Shown here piece by piece: positions 12,640-25,005 of a stretch of DNA of 64,000 bases (position 1 is the first letter of the stretch; each line of letters opens with the position of its first letter). The notes beneath the pieces were generated by a model. It was not told the origin of the DNA, did no database searches, and worked only from the letters and a program-made list of their open reading frames with translations. Where the stretch lies: positions 22,479,844 to 22,543,843 of the forward strand of contig OZ316893.1 in NCBI GenBank assembly GCA_973895155.1. The letters run 5' to 3'. The DNA is from Marsupella aquatica (Eukaryota; Plantae; Marchantiophyta). A program made the translations under genes and the position numbers.

Positions 12640-15600
12640 TCAATCTTCGGGGACAAATCTGTCCTTCCGTGCTTTGAAGATCAATCTCTGCCTCAAAACG
12701 AAATCATCGAAGTTAACATACAGGCAAGTAATTGACAGCAATGGAAAGAAACTTCGAACAAACTTTGAAACCTTAACAAGACGTTTCCAAACGTTTGTCG
12801 AACGACCATCTCAGAGGAAAATAAACAGCAGAGAAATGGTGAAAACTCACAGAAAGTATTTGAGTATAAGCCTTGAAGCCTGTTAAAAATCTTATATATT
12901 TGCTTGACTTGTTTTTGTCTGCAGGTACAGATCTGATTCGAGGAACCAAGTAACTCGCAACCTGGATTATCAGACGTCCCTCAGTAAAACAGACTTCAAA
13001 ATCATTTTATTAACGATCAGAAACACAATGATAAGTAAATTGACACTTCATGCATCACCAATTACGACTGCTGCTCAAAAGAGTGGATTTCAAAGTATCC
13101 CGAACCTCATCCGCTGGCTCCGCCAAGACATTGATGAAGAATTTGGCCTGCACAAATAACATCCACCCTGACATCAGCCGAAAGAAGACACAGTCACTCA
13201 ATTAGCAGACTGAATCCCTTCATGTAATTCGAGAGGAGAACAGTCCTCGTTGGCATTACCTGACGCGTATCAGTCCCAGACATTAGTAGATCAGTTGTCA
13301 CCATACCAGGCTGCTCTCAATCACACACACAAAACATTCATCAAAACCGTAGTAATAACCTGACGCCAATAAGTAGAGTGAATTCAGACATCTCAAATTG
13401 GCCATTGAAAATTATTCATAAGTGGCACTGGCATGAGGAAAGATCAACCAATATCAGGTTGGTCCCTTGCCTTGTACAGCACAAAACAAATTCAGAAAAC
13501 TCTTTCACCATCAGATACCCCTTCATTTCAAAGTTAAGAACTTACGGAAAGATCGTGGACGCCCACATTCTTGATACCTAGTTGTTTCAACTCTGCCTGA
13601 AAAATGCATATCACTTTAAAATGTCAAAGTTCTTCACTTAATGGGTCAGAAATCAGATACACAACTAGCCATTATCTGTGGAGACAGGAAGATACAGCAT
13701 GAATACCAAAAAAGCATTGTCAGGAACGTAAACCTCCTTTCAGATGCATTAGACAGTTGCAAAACAGTGGGAGGTGCAGTCTCCGCTAAATAAAACTACC
13801 TTCAACTGACATGAAAAGCGATGATCAAAGTGTAGCACAACCGAAGAACTTAGACGGAAAAATCAACTCCATTAATTCTCATCCACAAGATATCTATCGG
13901 TCTAACGTGTCCATGAAACACACCTGCAAAGACTTAGTGAACTGAGCAAGGCTTCGTTTTGTCGCACCATAAACAGCAAACCTACATTCACAGCTCTCAG
14001 AACTTGATCAGACTGCTAATGCCACAGAAATAGGATATATTCACAAATTATGACTTCTTCCTCCCACAAGATCGGACAAAGTTCACAAAATAATAATCTG
14101 TCGATGCTTCCCCTTGTTTCTCGACAATTTAAACATCCTTTAATATGTTCTCTTCGTCAGCACCTAGACACAGATGACTTCCAGAACTCCACTAACCTGG
14201 GAGTCGGGTTTCCATCAGCCCCGGCACCATCCATGTTAAAAATGTGCCCTCCCCGTGGTTGGTCACGCATTGTACGAATTGCCTACAACCATCAAAAGCT
14301 TTCCCAAGATTATTTTCTGCATCTGGAACAGTCCTGCACATCTTATTGACTGGTAGTATCTGCCAGACAGCCTCCCTTCCGCACACAATATTCTTAGTCT
14401 GATTACAAGAGTACGAAGGACTGATATCTGTACGTCAAATATTTCCCAACTGTATCCTAGCCCATCATACTAGAGGAAACAAGAAATCTTGTAATAAAAA
14501 AAGAGGGAGAGCACAATGGAATGAACAGCATTCGGGGCTGCATTACATGCAGCGGCATATATTAGAAGGGTTGTGACTTTTACCTCCCGGCAGCATAGCA
14601 TTACACCTAACGTGTTTGTTGTCACAATTTCCCTGCACATAGCACCGAGGTTCATTTACATGAGACTTCAGTATTTACATGCCCACATTCAATACATGAC
14701 CCTTTATAACGTTTAATTTACTTGTTTGATCAATTGTATCAACGACTTACTCAATGGCAGCATCGTTTGTGTCTACTAGTGTCTTGAAGGAATAAGCATT
14801 TGTCCCAGCATTGTTGATCTGTACAGGAAAAGAAAAAAGAGGTAATGAGAAATGAACAATTCCGGCTTATCCATTTCTAGAGATTTTGTCACGCTATGTT
14901 ACTACTGACAAGCGCTGTGTCGACCGAAAGAAACCACTACATGAAATCGGAGCTGATAATAAGTACAGTTATCAGAAAGAATCTGCAGAAGAATGTACCC
15001 AAATGTCGACGTAACCAAGCTTCAATTTCGCAAATTGCGCCAATGCTTGTACACTACTTACGTTCCTCACGTCACATGTCGTTCCCTGCAAGCCGAGGGA
15101 ACACATGACAATAAGGGTCAGCAGCTGACGCTTAAGAACTTATCATAACAATTTAGTGCCATCAGAACCCAACAGTTTGGTCTCTTAAAGAAATAATAAG
15201 ATAGAATACACACTAGCAAAATCGCTCCTTAAAAAACACTAAGATGCAATGTAAGTGTTTGACAAGACGTACGAAAATCTCCATGAAAATTCCTACTGGA
15301 ATTGAACAGCACAAAGAAGTAACTTTTAAGCTCCAAAAGCTGGCCTGTTCAATTTGGGGACTGACTTACCAACACTCGCTCCTCACCAAACTCCCTTCTC
15401 AGCTCCTTCAGAGCTTTCTGGACTCGCTCATCTGGAAGATTTAACAACCGGCAAACGAGTGTGAACAACCGAGGAGTACGAACAAATTTGCGCATTTGCT
15501 GCCTTACTGGCAACGGAACACCACTTTCTCATGGCATCTAGATAGGGATACCGACCAGCTATGAGAAATGATGTGCAAATATAATGCATGTTGGGGTGCT

Positions 15601-17928
15601 GTTGTCGAAATTCACCATTGGTTAAAGCGGCTTTTAACACCTCAAAGGAAACTACCTGTTGGTCACTTCGGTCCACTTATTAAACTAGCTTTTCGACCTC
15701 TCCATCTCTCTTAGGTTCTTAGTTGGTGTGAAATTCCCGTTCAAAACCTGCACTGGCCAGTCGAAGTGACTAGTTTCTTGACTAGCCCCATCTCTTGATT
15801 TCGGCAGCAAGGATTTGCTTTCGAGCGGTTCAATAATGTACACTACTGATTTTCTACCGGGCTTCTCATCAATTCGATTTAGAACTTTGGCGTGTGATCA
15901 GTAGGTAACCACGTTCGAACTGTGTTTACCCTTTGACATTTTAGCTTCAGACCGCATGGCTAGATCTAATAGTTTCCGAACCATGGTTTGTATCCTGGCA
16001 ATTTAAAATATAATCTGGACGACTTCGTCGACAATCAATTGTCGTCTTTCACGAGTGCATAGTAAAACTCCTCCCGGTCATGTTGCCAGTTACGTATGTT
16101 GCTATCAGCCCTTGGTATGAATGCCAGTCTAAGCATTTACTACGATCAACGCCCGAGTTATACTATCGGCAGAAGCTCGTCAATTAGGTCCTAGACATGG
16201 GGATGGATGAAACATAAGGCGAGGTTAAGGTGTAGAGCATGCCTGAACGAGAGCATATGATGACGTTATCCCCTTCCAGCAGAAACTGCTTTGCAAGAGC
16301 ATATCCGATACCTGAATGACACGCCAACCCGACTATTAAGACCAGGCAGAGGAGAGAATGGCCTCAATTACCTTTCCAATTCTAAGGTACCCCGCATCAT
16401 ATTTTCACTTCGGTTAGAGCAAATCCAAATTCAGAAGAGAACCGTTCACCAACATTCTCATTCGGGCATGGAAGGCGACCAAAATTGCATCTGCGGCTTC
16501 AATGTTCGAGAACAGTTTGATGGGAATGGACCTTTCCCATCGCGGGACAATTCGATCCGTTGGACTGAGACAGCTTGGCGGAGCAGCGAAGTCATCTAAA
16601 TGAAGGAACTAATCTTCCGCAGCTCTTAGGAAAATCAGACAGGAAAAACGAGGCTGGTTTCCGCCACTGAGTTGAGATAGAACCCAGAACTTGAAGACTC
16701 TGTAACTCAAATCTCTCACTCTCTCTCTTCCACTATAGTTGCCCCAACAGATCCCCTGTTGTTCCATTGTGCTCCCTGCTGGTGAAAAGCAACTCTGGTT
16801 CACCATCTTCTGTTCTGCTAAGCGTCAATGCTTCTTCTAAATGTCGCCGTACTACACCTGCTCCTTTAGGCTGAGGAGGTGCCCTGGGCATTACAACCTT
16901 TTTATTCTATCCGTGGTGTACACACACTTCACTGGCCTAGCGACCCCAGGTCTGAAAGATAAAAAAGAGCCCGTTCTGCCCGTAGACAGCAACCAATCTC
17001 TGGACTATGTTAGAGTCCGTGCCATCTACTTGGTCACAGATCCAGTTCTGTTTGAAGACTTCCATATGCTTTGAGGACTTCCAATTCGCTTCACCATTTT
17101 CCTTTAAATTGCAGAGTAGATGGCCATACAGTACGACCAAAGCGTGCGTGAATGCGTTAATCCAGGAATTGTGTCACAAGTCGTTGAAATCTCAACCAAC
17201 GCACTTCACATGTTGGTCTTGCACAGGTGGCAAAGCAGGGAGGGAGGCAGACTATGAAAATGAACAACTATCCCCCGCAAAAGTGAGTACGAAACAAATC
17301 CACTGAAAGATATCATGCCCAGAAATAATCCATTCGGTCGCGTACCTTTGGTGGAGCCAGTGATGAGAACATTGAAAGGGGGGAGCATGGGCTCGGAGGT
17401 AGAAGCCGAGCTGGAGCGATTCACCTTCTCGGAAGAAACAGCAGCGGCAGTAGCAGCTCTGGCTCTTCGACCGCCAGAGGAACTTATTCTGCTCCATCGA
17501 GTTCTCTCGTTGGGCACACGCTCACTGGCAGGTCTTTGAATCCACCCATCTGGCGTTGGGGACCCCTCCTTCATGGAATGCAGCACCAGAAGCAATCGAG
17601 AGCTGGTCGGACAGTCCCGACATGTTGGAGAACAATACGGAAGAGGAACTCCGGAGTTTTGCTGAAATCCTCCGAAAGAATGGCGAGAAGGTTGTCTGGA
17701 AGACACTCCACGGAATTCAGATTGCGCCTTTGATGAGGACGGAGTGGATGATGTTGAGAGGCGACGGACAGAATTTCTTTGGAACGCAGAAGGCGAGATG
17801 GAGAGAGGGACCGAAGGAGATGTGGCAGAGCCAGGGAAGTGCCATCCTCCTACTGTGGGAGTACGTGGTGCTGTTGTTCTAGGCCCAGCAGGACCGGGCG
17901 GAGTGGGAGTGATGACCATGGTGGCCAT
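12640..17928 (-). CDS. NOL: Chlorophyll(ide) b reductase NOL (NYC1-like SDR); 13 exons: 17928-17346, 16311-16243, 15431-15370, 15085-14999, 14818-14751, 14632-14584, 14282-14197, 13981-13924, 13596-13546, 13310-13260, 13147-13106, 12961-12851, 12687-12640
   Basis: The spliced product has EPMLPPFNVLITGSTKGIG (TGxxxGxG), WINNAG, GGHIFNMDGAGADGNPTPRFAVYGATK (YxxxK), SPGMVTTDLL, AKFFINVLAEP and YIRFLTG. All exon phases agree. The start codon is less certain. Confidence 0.95.
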
Positions 17929-20689
17929 AGATCCTCGTGGATCCTCCTGCTCTACCCACCCTGCTGCTGCTTCTCCCCCTCCTATTGCAGCAGCTGGTAG
18001 TTGTTCATGTCCTTCTTGACACGCATTGGAGCGCACTTTACAATCACAGTCAGTGAATCCGATTCATTTGGACATTACGCCTAATCCTCCCCATAATTCT
18101 GCAAACCAATGTCTCTACCTGTGCCACCTCGTCCTCCCCTCTCGTGGTGATTGCTTCAAAGCCCTCGGCGAGATGATGGGCCACAGTCACACCAAAACAT
18201 TCTTTCAACATGCGCCTGTTTCCTTTAGAAACGAGGCTTCAATGACACAAAAGCGTCAAAAGCAGAACGGCCAACCCACCAGATAAAGCTTGTGGGTTCC
18301 TTTGTGAGTTCCTCAGCTCTCGAACGATCGTCTGATGGACTTCACTGGGACAAGACAGTCGTAAACAGAACGGTCAACCCACCAGAAGAAGGAGCTAGTG
18401 GGTTCCTCAGCTCAAGCTTCACACAGGCAGCACCTCTGATAAATTCCCTACTTCAGTCCTAGGCTGTGCATTTTGCATATTCCATTTCCGAGGGTGCTTC
18501 TGTCATGTGATGTGCTCTGCCCTTTGGTCCTCGTCGTCGTCGGAAGGAGCCTCTCAAACAAAGCAGAGATCCATTCAAAGTACAATGCATCTGATCTGAT
18601 GAACAACACTGGCACACTCCTCTTGCAGCTTGCTCCACCTTGGCTTGCGGCTGTTTTGCTACTCCTCAAACTCTTCTGCAACATCCATTTACGAGTCATA
18701 AATGGCGCCCAGGGTCAACCGATCTCATGAACGAGCTTCCTCTGCAACTGGAGAATGATGGCATTCGCCAATCTACAGTACTACAGTGGTAATCTAAAGT
18801 TTACTCATCGATGACTACCGTGTGTAACAGCAGGTTTCACACTCCAAACTTCCAAAGCAACAGCAGCCGCATGAGTGATTCATGAGTGGGGTTGTGAGGT
18901 GATCTAATCAGCACGCGCCCCAGCACGAGCCTCAGCAAGAGCCTCAGCAACTCAGCAAGTTTCAATGTTCGCACCATTCCTGAGAGGGACGAAATGACGC
19001 CCATTATTAATCTACACTACAAAATCGCCCCAAAAAATCGAGTCCTGATAATGGCACATCCAAAAGAGGAGGCATTACAATATCCCCAATAAATTGCCCC
19101 CCAAGTAATCACAGATCAAAATCTACAATTACAATAAAGGATCTGGTATTTTTTGGTACTTTGTCTCAATACAAAAAAGCTCTTGGACGGGAAAGATGGA
19201 TAGCCGTTGGATTTGTTTAACTATTTTCCTTGACCATTGATGGAGTAAATGTGCACCCCTGGCATATAGGTGCTTCCCATTGCCCCATAAATGCCCTGGC
19301 CCGACTCCCTATGGGCCGGCCCTCCTTGCACAATGCAACGCACCGGCATAGGGCTCATGTGTTAATATATGGTGTACATTCATTGATTTAACTAATATTC
19401 TATGTAGATCTATTAATTTAAAGAAGAGAATATGTTTAGATCAATTGGCTTTGGTCAGTTGGCCACAGGATTAACTTAGAACCAAGAGATCCTAGTTTCA
19501 ATCTCCCCTCCACTTGCAATTGTTGTGAAGAGTGTGTGTGGGGGTAGGGTGTAGTGGTGGGAGTACTGGTTTCTCCATAAGCCTTGGATGATACACTTTG
19601 GGGCTCTGGTTCAACCTCTCTCCCTCTTGGTTTGGGTCCCTATCGAATCCCTGGGTTGACTCCCTTGTGGGTTACCCTACAGAGGTGCATGCTCTGGAGT
19701 TGATCGTCTATCCTTTGTTGCATGGGTCAGCTTTTGGTTTCAAGGCACAAAGAAAAGAGAATATGCTTATTGTGGTATGGAGTGACATAGTACACAAAAA
19801 TAAAGTCTTCATAATTGCTCATAAAAAACAGGAGGCATTCATATACATATTAGGATATAGCATGTTCATCTGGATCATTTTTCATTTTTGTCTTGTATGA
19901 TGTGAGTATTTGCATAATATTTGATCAGATTTGGGTAGAATAAAATACAAAAATAAAAGTGGAACACATGCCAAAGAAGATTGCATCTCCCATAATGAAG
20001 AGGAAGAATACAAGTGCACAACTCTTCAAAAGTTATGCACATCAGGTACAAATTTTCACCTGCCCTAATGACTTCCAAATCAATCAAAGGTTGTGCACAT
20101 CAAAGGTACATAAGATACTCACTTGTAGTAGGTAATGACAATAAGGATCATAAACGTAGGAATGTCGTAGGTAATGACAATAAAGATCATAAACTTAGGA
20201 AACAAAAGTAAAAATATAACTTAAAACAGAAGGTGTGCGAATTTCTAAGTATCATTTCTCTCTCGTTCACTAAAAAGGATAGAATGGCTTTCTCCAATGG
20301 CAGAAATTTCATAAAACTTGCTAAAGGGCTTGGATTCACCATATTGTAATCTAAATGGAATGGAAAATGAGAGCTTTGGGATAACAAGATTAAAAACATT
20401 AAGAGAGGTGCCAAAGAATGTAGTCATGCACCCTCTTATGGCACATTGAAGAAAGGTTGGTTGGCCTTATAGCAGTGTCAAAAACAGGAGGCAGTCATAT
20501 ACATTTTTAGGATACACTCAGTGACTTTAAAGAAAATAATTGGAGTTATTGTGGTGTGGAGTCAAAACACACTATGTTATTACATTTTGATGTACAATTA
20601 CGGGGACATCAGATTTGAAGCCCCCATGGACCACAAGGTTAATAAGTTGAAACACCATTGATGGATCACATTTCCCAAAATTTGAGCCG

Positions 20690-20979
20690 AAGCACGTGAA
20701 ACCATGAAATGACGGCCCAAAAATGGGAAGTTTGACAGAAGTTTGACCCGCCCGGACCCCGCTCCAGCCCACCCAAACTCAGCCCGGACCCCACCCGAAC
20801 CCGGCCCGGACTTCTCCCAAACCCATCCCAAACTCCTCCCACACGCCCTAAACACCCGGCCCAAACCCAGCCCGGGTCTACCCTCACACCCAGACCAACC
20901 CCGACACTGGGAGACCGGGCAACCGGATTGACGGTTTGATGAGGAAAATTGACCAAATTGACGGGAAGAACAAACCGGG
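20690..20979. mobile_element. Partial GC-rich element ending in the same TIR (CAAACCGGG) as the neighbouring MITE
   Basis: C-rich CCCGG/ACCC tract at 20745-20920, repeated TTGAC motifs, and CAAACCGGG at 20971-20979. No matching left TIR found. Confidence 0.45.
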
Positions 20980-21108
20980 TTGATTATCAATGGAGGACTG
21001 CATGTCTATATGATATTACAGGAAACTTACTAGTGCGGCTTACATGAGTGTTCACATTAATGACTCACACTATCTTCCCATGAACTGTAAATGCAACTCA
21101 CTAACTAG

Positions 21109-21762
21109 CCCGGTTTGGACTTGTCCGACAAATAGAGGCCTTTGGACTCGACAACCGACAAGTTGTCACCCGGTCCACCCCGGTCCCCGGTCCGGCTCCC
21201 GGCCGGTAATTCCCGGCCCGGCTACTTCCCTTCCCGGCCTCTTCCCTTCCCCTCCCCCTTCCCGGCCCGGCCCTACCCCTCCCCTTCCCGGCCTCTTCCC
21301 TTCCCCTCCCCCTTCCCGGCCCGGCCCTCCCCCTCCCCCTTCCCGGCCCGGCCCGGCCCTACCCCTCCCCTTCCCGGCCCCTTCCCTTCCCGGCCCGGCC
21401 CCTGCCCATTCCCGGCCCGGCCCTCCCATTCCCGGCCCGGCCCTGCCCCTTCCCGGCCCCGCATCCCGCCCGGCCCCGCACTCGGCCCGCCCTCACCTAG
21501 TGTTTGTGAGGCCGGGCCGGGTGCGGGGCCGGGCGGGATGCGGGACCGGGCCGGGAAGAGACCGGGCCGACCCGGGTGCCGGACCGAGCCGGGAATGGAA
21601 GGGGCCGGGAAGAGTCGGGGAGGGAATGGGCCGGGCCGGGAAGGGATTGGGCCGGGCCGGGGCATAAAAAGGAATATGCGACAAATAGGGTCATTTTCGG
21701 GCGACAAATGACAAGTTGTCGTGTCCGACAACACGACAAGTTGTCCGACAGCTCAAACCGGG
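21109..21762. mobile_element. hAT-like MITE/foldback element, 654 bp, 8-bp TSD
   Basis: TIRs CCCGGTTTG (21109-21117) and CAAACCGGG (21754-21762). Direct repeat CTAACTAG at 21101-21108 and 21763-21770. Clustered CGACAA/TTGTC subterminal motifs and an extremely GC-rich interior. Confidence 0.8.
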
Positions 21763-22417
21763 CTAACTAGGAAATTCATACGTATTACTCTAGGAGTCTA
21801 GGACCAAGATCTTTTAGGATGGGGAATTATAGAATCATGGTACGTGTATCTCAGGAGTAGGAACTGGGAACAGGGATAAATACCAATGTTGAATGTGATG
21901 CTTGGATGGACACTTGAAATTCAGATGAACACAAAGGAAACATTAAAATTTACACATCCAGTTTAAAGAGTACTTGTCAATACTCCTCTGACCAGTACAG
22001 AAAATTCCTAGTGGATTAGGCCACTATTCTGTCCATGAAGGAGTTGGCGCATTTTTTAGCTCTCATTGACATGATGGAGTTGGACTACCATGGTATATAT
22101 AACCTCTTATATTTTTTATGTCATAACACTATACTTTTCCGGGTGCTGTGGTTCTGCAAAGTTACTGTGTACAATGGAGTTGTAACTGTCAAATATATAT
22201 GTCCATCCTAACTTTCAATTTCTAATGCACTCATTTCGACATGTCCCATTATTCTAGGATTTCTATCGGATAGAAACGATCAAATGGTACTTGAGGTTTC
22301 ACTTAATTTCTTCATTTCCTGTCGACCAAGATCCTTCTTTTTGGATAAAAATTGTAGAATAATTGTTGAGAGATTTTGTTTTTAGTTTCCTGTTGACCTC
22401 AGAAGTCCACCTTCGAA

Positions 22418-22812
22418 CAAATGAAGTACAAGAAAAATAAAAAATGGTTCGAGTTTTTTAGGGTTTAGTGTGACAGAATTATAAAAGGTTTGACTAAAAC
22501 GGGATTCCGTTGGTGAATTGATAGCTTTCTGTAGAACAAGAGGGTACTGTACTGTACCGTTTTTATTGATGGGGTGTAGACTATTGTACTTTTCCAATAA
22601 CTTGCCAGAATGACAAATGAAGTACAAGAAAAATAGAAAATGGTTCGAGTGTTTTAGGGTTTAGTAAGACAGAATTATAAAAGGTTTGACTAAACCAAGA
22701 TTCCGTTGGTGAATTGATAGCTTACTGCAGAATGAGAGGGTACTGTACTGTACCGTTGTTATTGATGGAGTGTAGAGTAATGTACTTCGCCAATAAATTG
22801 CCAGGGTGACAA
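22418..22812. repeat. Two-copy tandem duplication, period about 196 bp
   Basis: CAAATGAAGTACAAGAAAAATA at 22418 and 22614, with high colinear identity throughout. Confidence 0.9.
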
Positions 22813-23143
22813 GAGAGTGATGCTGGTGGGGGCCATGACTGTTCTCTCCTGTGGAGACGAGGATTATTTTATCCTTCCACCCATTAATAGCAGATTAGCA
22901 CTCTGAGCTGACGCAGCCACGTGAAAGGAACAAACTGACAGCGGAACGATTGGCGGCCAGAGACTTCATCAATCAAGAGACTTCGTGTAAGGTTTACTGC
23001 TTTGTTGGGCTTGACACTATGGACTAAGGTTTAGTTTATTGTTTTAGGCTTGACACTTTAGATAAGGTTTACTAGGGCGTCTCAAAACATATTTTGATGG
23101 ACTTTAAACTCTACTTAGTGGTCACACAAAGTTATATATTACT

Positions 23144-23538
23144 AAATTCATAGTCCATATCTTTTTGCCATAAGGATTGATCTTATGCCATTATGGTCAG
23201 CCAGTCACTATAGAAGGCTTAGTGGGAAAAACGAGTTTTGATGATTCCTTCACCACTGAATGTCATTATCCATAAGTTTGAAGCTTTGAGACTCCCTACT
23301 GTATTGCTTGGCTTGACAATGTAGAACAATGGACTTCCCAAATTATCATAATGTTTGTGGCTTTTGGTCTTAGATTTTGGCCCTTTGTTGTCTCCCCTTT
23401 GGATGCCCCTTGTTTTTTGTAGTTTGATATATATTTTTTCAGGTTCTATAAAAGATTTTTTTCACCAACCTCTACATAGATTCATCATCATGGCATATGA
23501 CCAATATTTATGGCAAAATATTATGGATCAAGAATTTG
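23144..23538. repeat. Degenerate inverted repeat, probably an old MITE
   Basis: AAATTCATAGTCCATATCTTTTTGCCATAAGGATTGATCTTATGCCATTATG pairs imperfectly with CATCATGGCATATGACCAATATTTATGGCAAAATATTATGGATCAAGAATTT. Confidence 0.45.
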
Positions 23539-24928
23539 ATAGTCCATAATGTTTACTTCAAAACATTAAATACCAAGTTAAGGTCAATCAAATTTTCAGG
23601 TCTGAGACCCTCTCTTTTATCACAATGTTCAATTATTTGTTTGAAACTGAGGCAATAGTTGGTGGAAAATTGAAATCCCCCTGGACCACCATGTTTGACA
23701 AGGTGCTTGAATAGACCACTTGGAATATTACTTGTTATCCAAACTCGCACAAATGCATATCTCCAAAATGGACACGCATGGTCGATAGGCTATCAAATCG
23801 ATAAAGCCACTTTTGACACGGAAAACTATGAGACTAGTTTTTTTGTGATTTTGGGAAGGGGGTAATGTGACAAAGTTCCCCTGAAACCAAGAGGAGAGGC
23901 GTGGATTCAGAGTTGGCTGTCGCGAAAATGGTCTGGCAAACGGCATCAGTGGGGGACTAGGCTAACCATTACTCTCCTCTCCCCCAAAACATCCAAACAA
24001 AATCTTTGAACATGAACTTATTGGTGCATGAGGTATCTTTTGAAAGTGACACAAAATTGTTTTAGAAAATTAGAAAAGGAAATAATTGATCAACGTTAGG
24101 GTTTGACCAACCATATAGGAGCTTTAGAATGCCACAAGTAGGCTGATAGTTCAGCTTCTCGACTTTAAGTAGTGCGTGCTGCTGACAGGAAGAATGAATG
24201 GTCCACTTTAAAAAATCTATGATAATAATAAACATATCTAAGTGCAGGAGAAGGCCGTTTGGTTTGTCTGTTTGGGAGACAGAACTATTGGTCATTGGTG
24301 GATGCCATTTCCCCAAATCCTGTCAGTGCCATTTTGTGGCTTCTGGGGCAAGATTCCATGTGGGTGGTCTCCAGGAGACCAGGGATATGTGATCTCGATG
24401 GCATTGTGAAAATTATAGCTATTCTTGCCTATGGGATCCTGTGTCATATATATCACAGTGCCAAAGTGCAAAGTGTTCCAGTATGGAGCCTTTTTTCCTT
24501 TGGCAGTGTTCTGCTTTGCTGTCTTGGAGATGTATCATATTATATTGAAATAGTAAAATAGACTTATTTTACAAATTCTTGAAGGGTTGGATTTAACCAC
24601 TTGGAAACATGAGTATTTTGAATATATTACTAGAAAAATGGTGTTCTTCGGCAATCTGTCCAAATTCATGGCTCCTTTGTAGGTTCTTTTTTGGTCCTTG
24701 TTTCTTCATTGGAGTTTGGTTGGGGTCCCCTTGGCTTGTTTTTCTTGGGACCCTTTCCCCTATTTTCCTTCACTTCATTGGGTTGCTTTGCCATTGGGAT
24801 CTTGTCTTCCAGTTCAACATTTTTTGGCCATTTTTTGCCCTTGGGCACTGTGATATATATAATTCAAGTCATGCATGTACTGTCTTATAGTTTTGTTATC
24901 TGTGCCAATAAAGCCATGACCAATATAG

Positions 24929-25005
24929 CCTGTTTGTGACAGTGCACTGCTATATATGGCACACTGAAAGGTGGATGTGCCATATATAGCAGTGTCACAA
25001 ACAGG
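24929..25005. repeat. 77-nt hairpin with a 30-bp stem
   Basis: CCTGTTTGTGA / TCACAAACAGG (11 bp) plus CACTGCTATATATGGCACA / TGTGCCATATATAGCAGTG (19 bp), with a 5-nt bulge and a 12-nt loop. Confidence 0.85.

Noticed and set aside
17556-17882. Protein-looking 108-aa antisense ORF inside NOL exon 1
   Set aside because: It has a non-ATG start and no known motif, and is explained as the antisense of a Ser/Pro-rich transit region.
20598-21770. Pro/Gly/Arg-rich ORFs up to 207 aa (extensin- or collagen-like)
   Set aside because: They are open in nearly all frames because the GC-rich MITE repeats lack stop codons.
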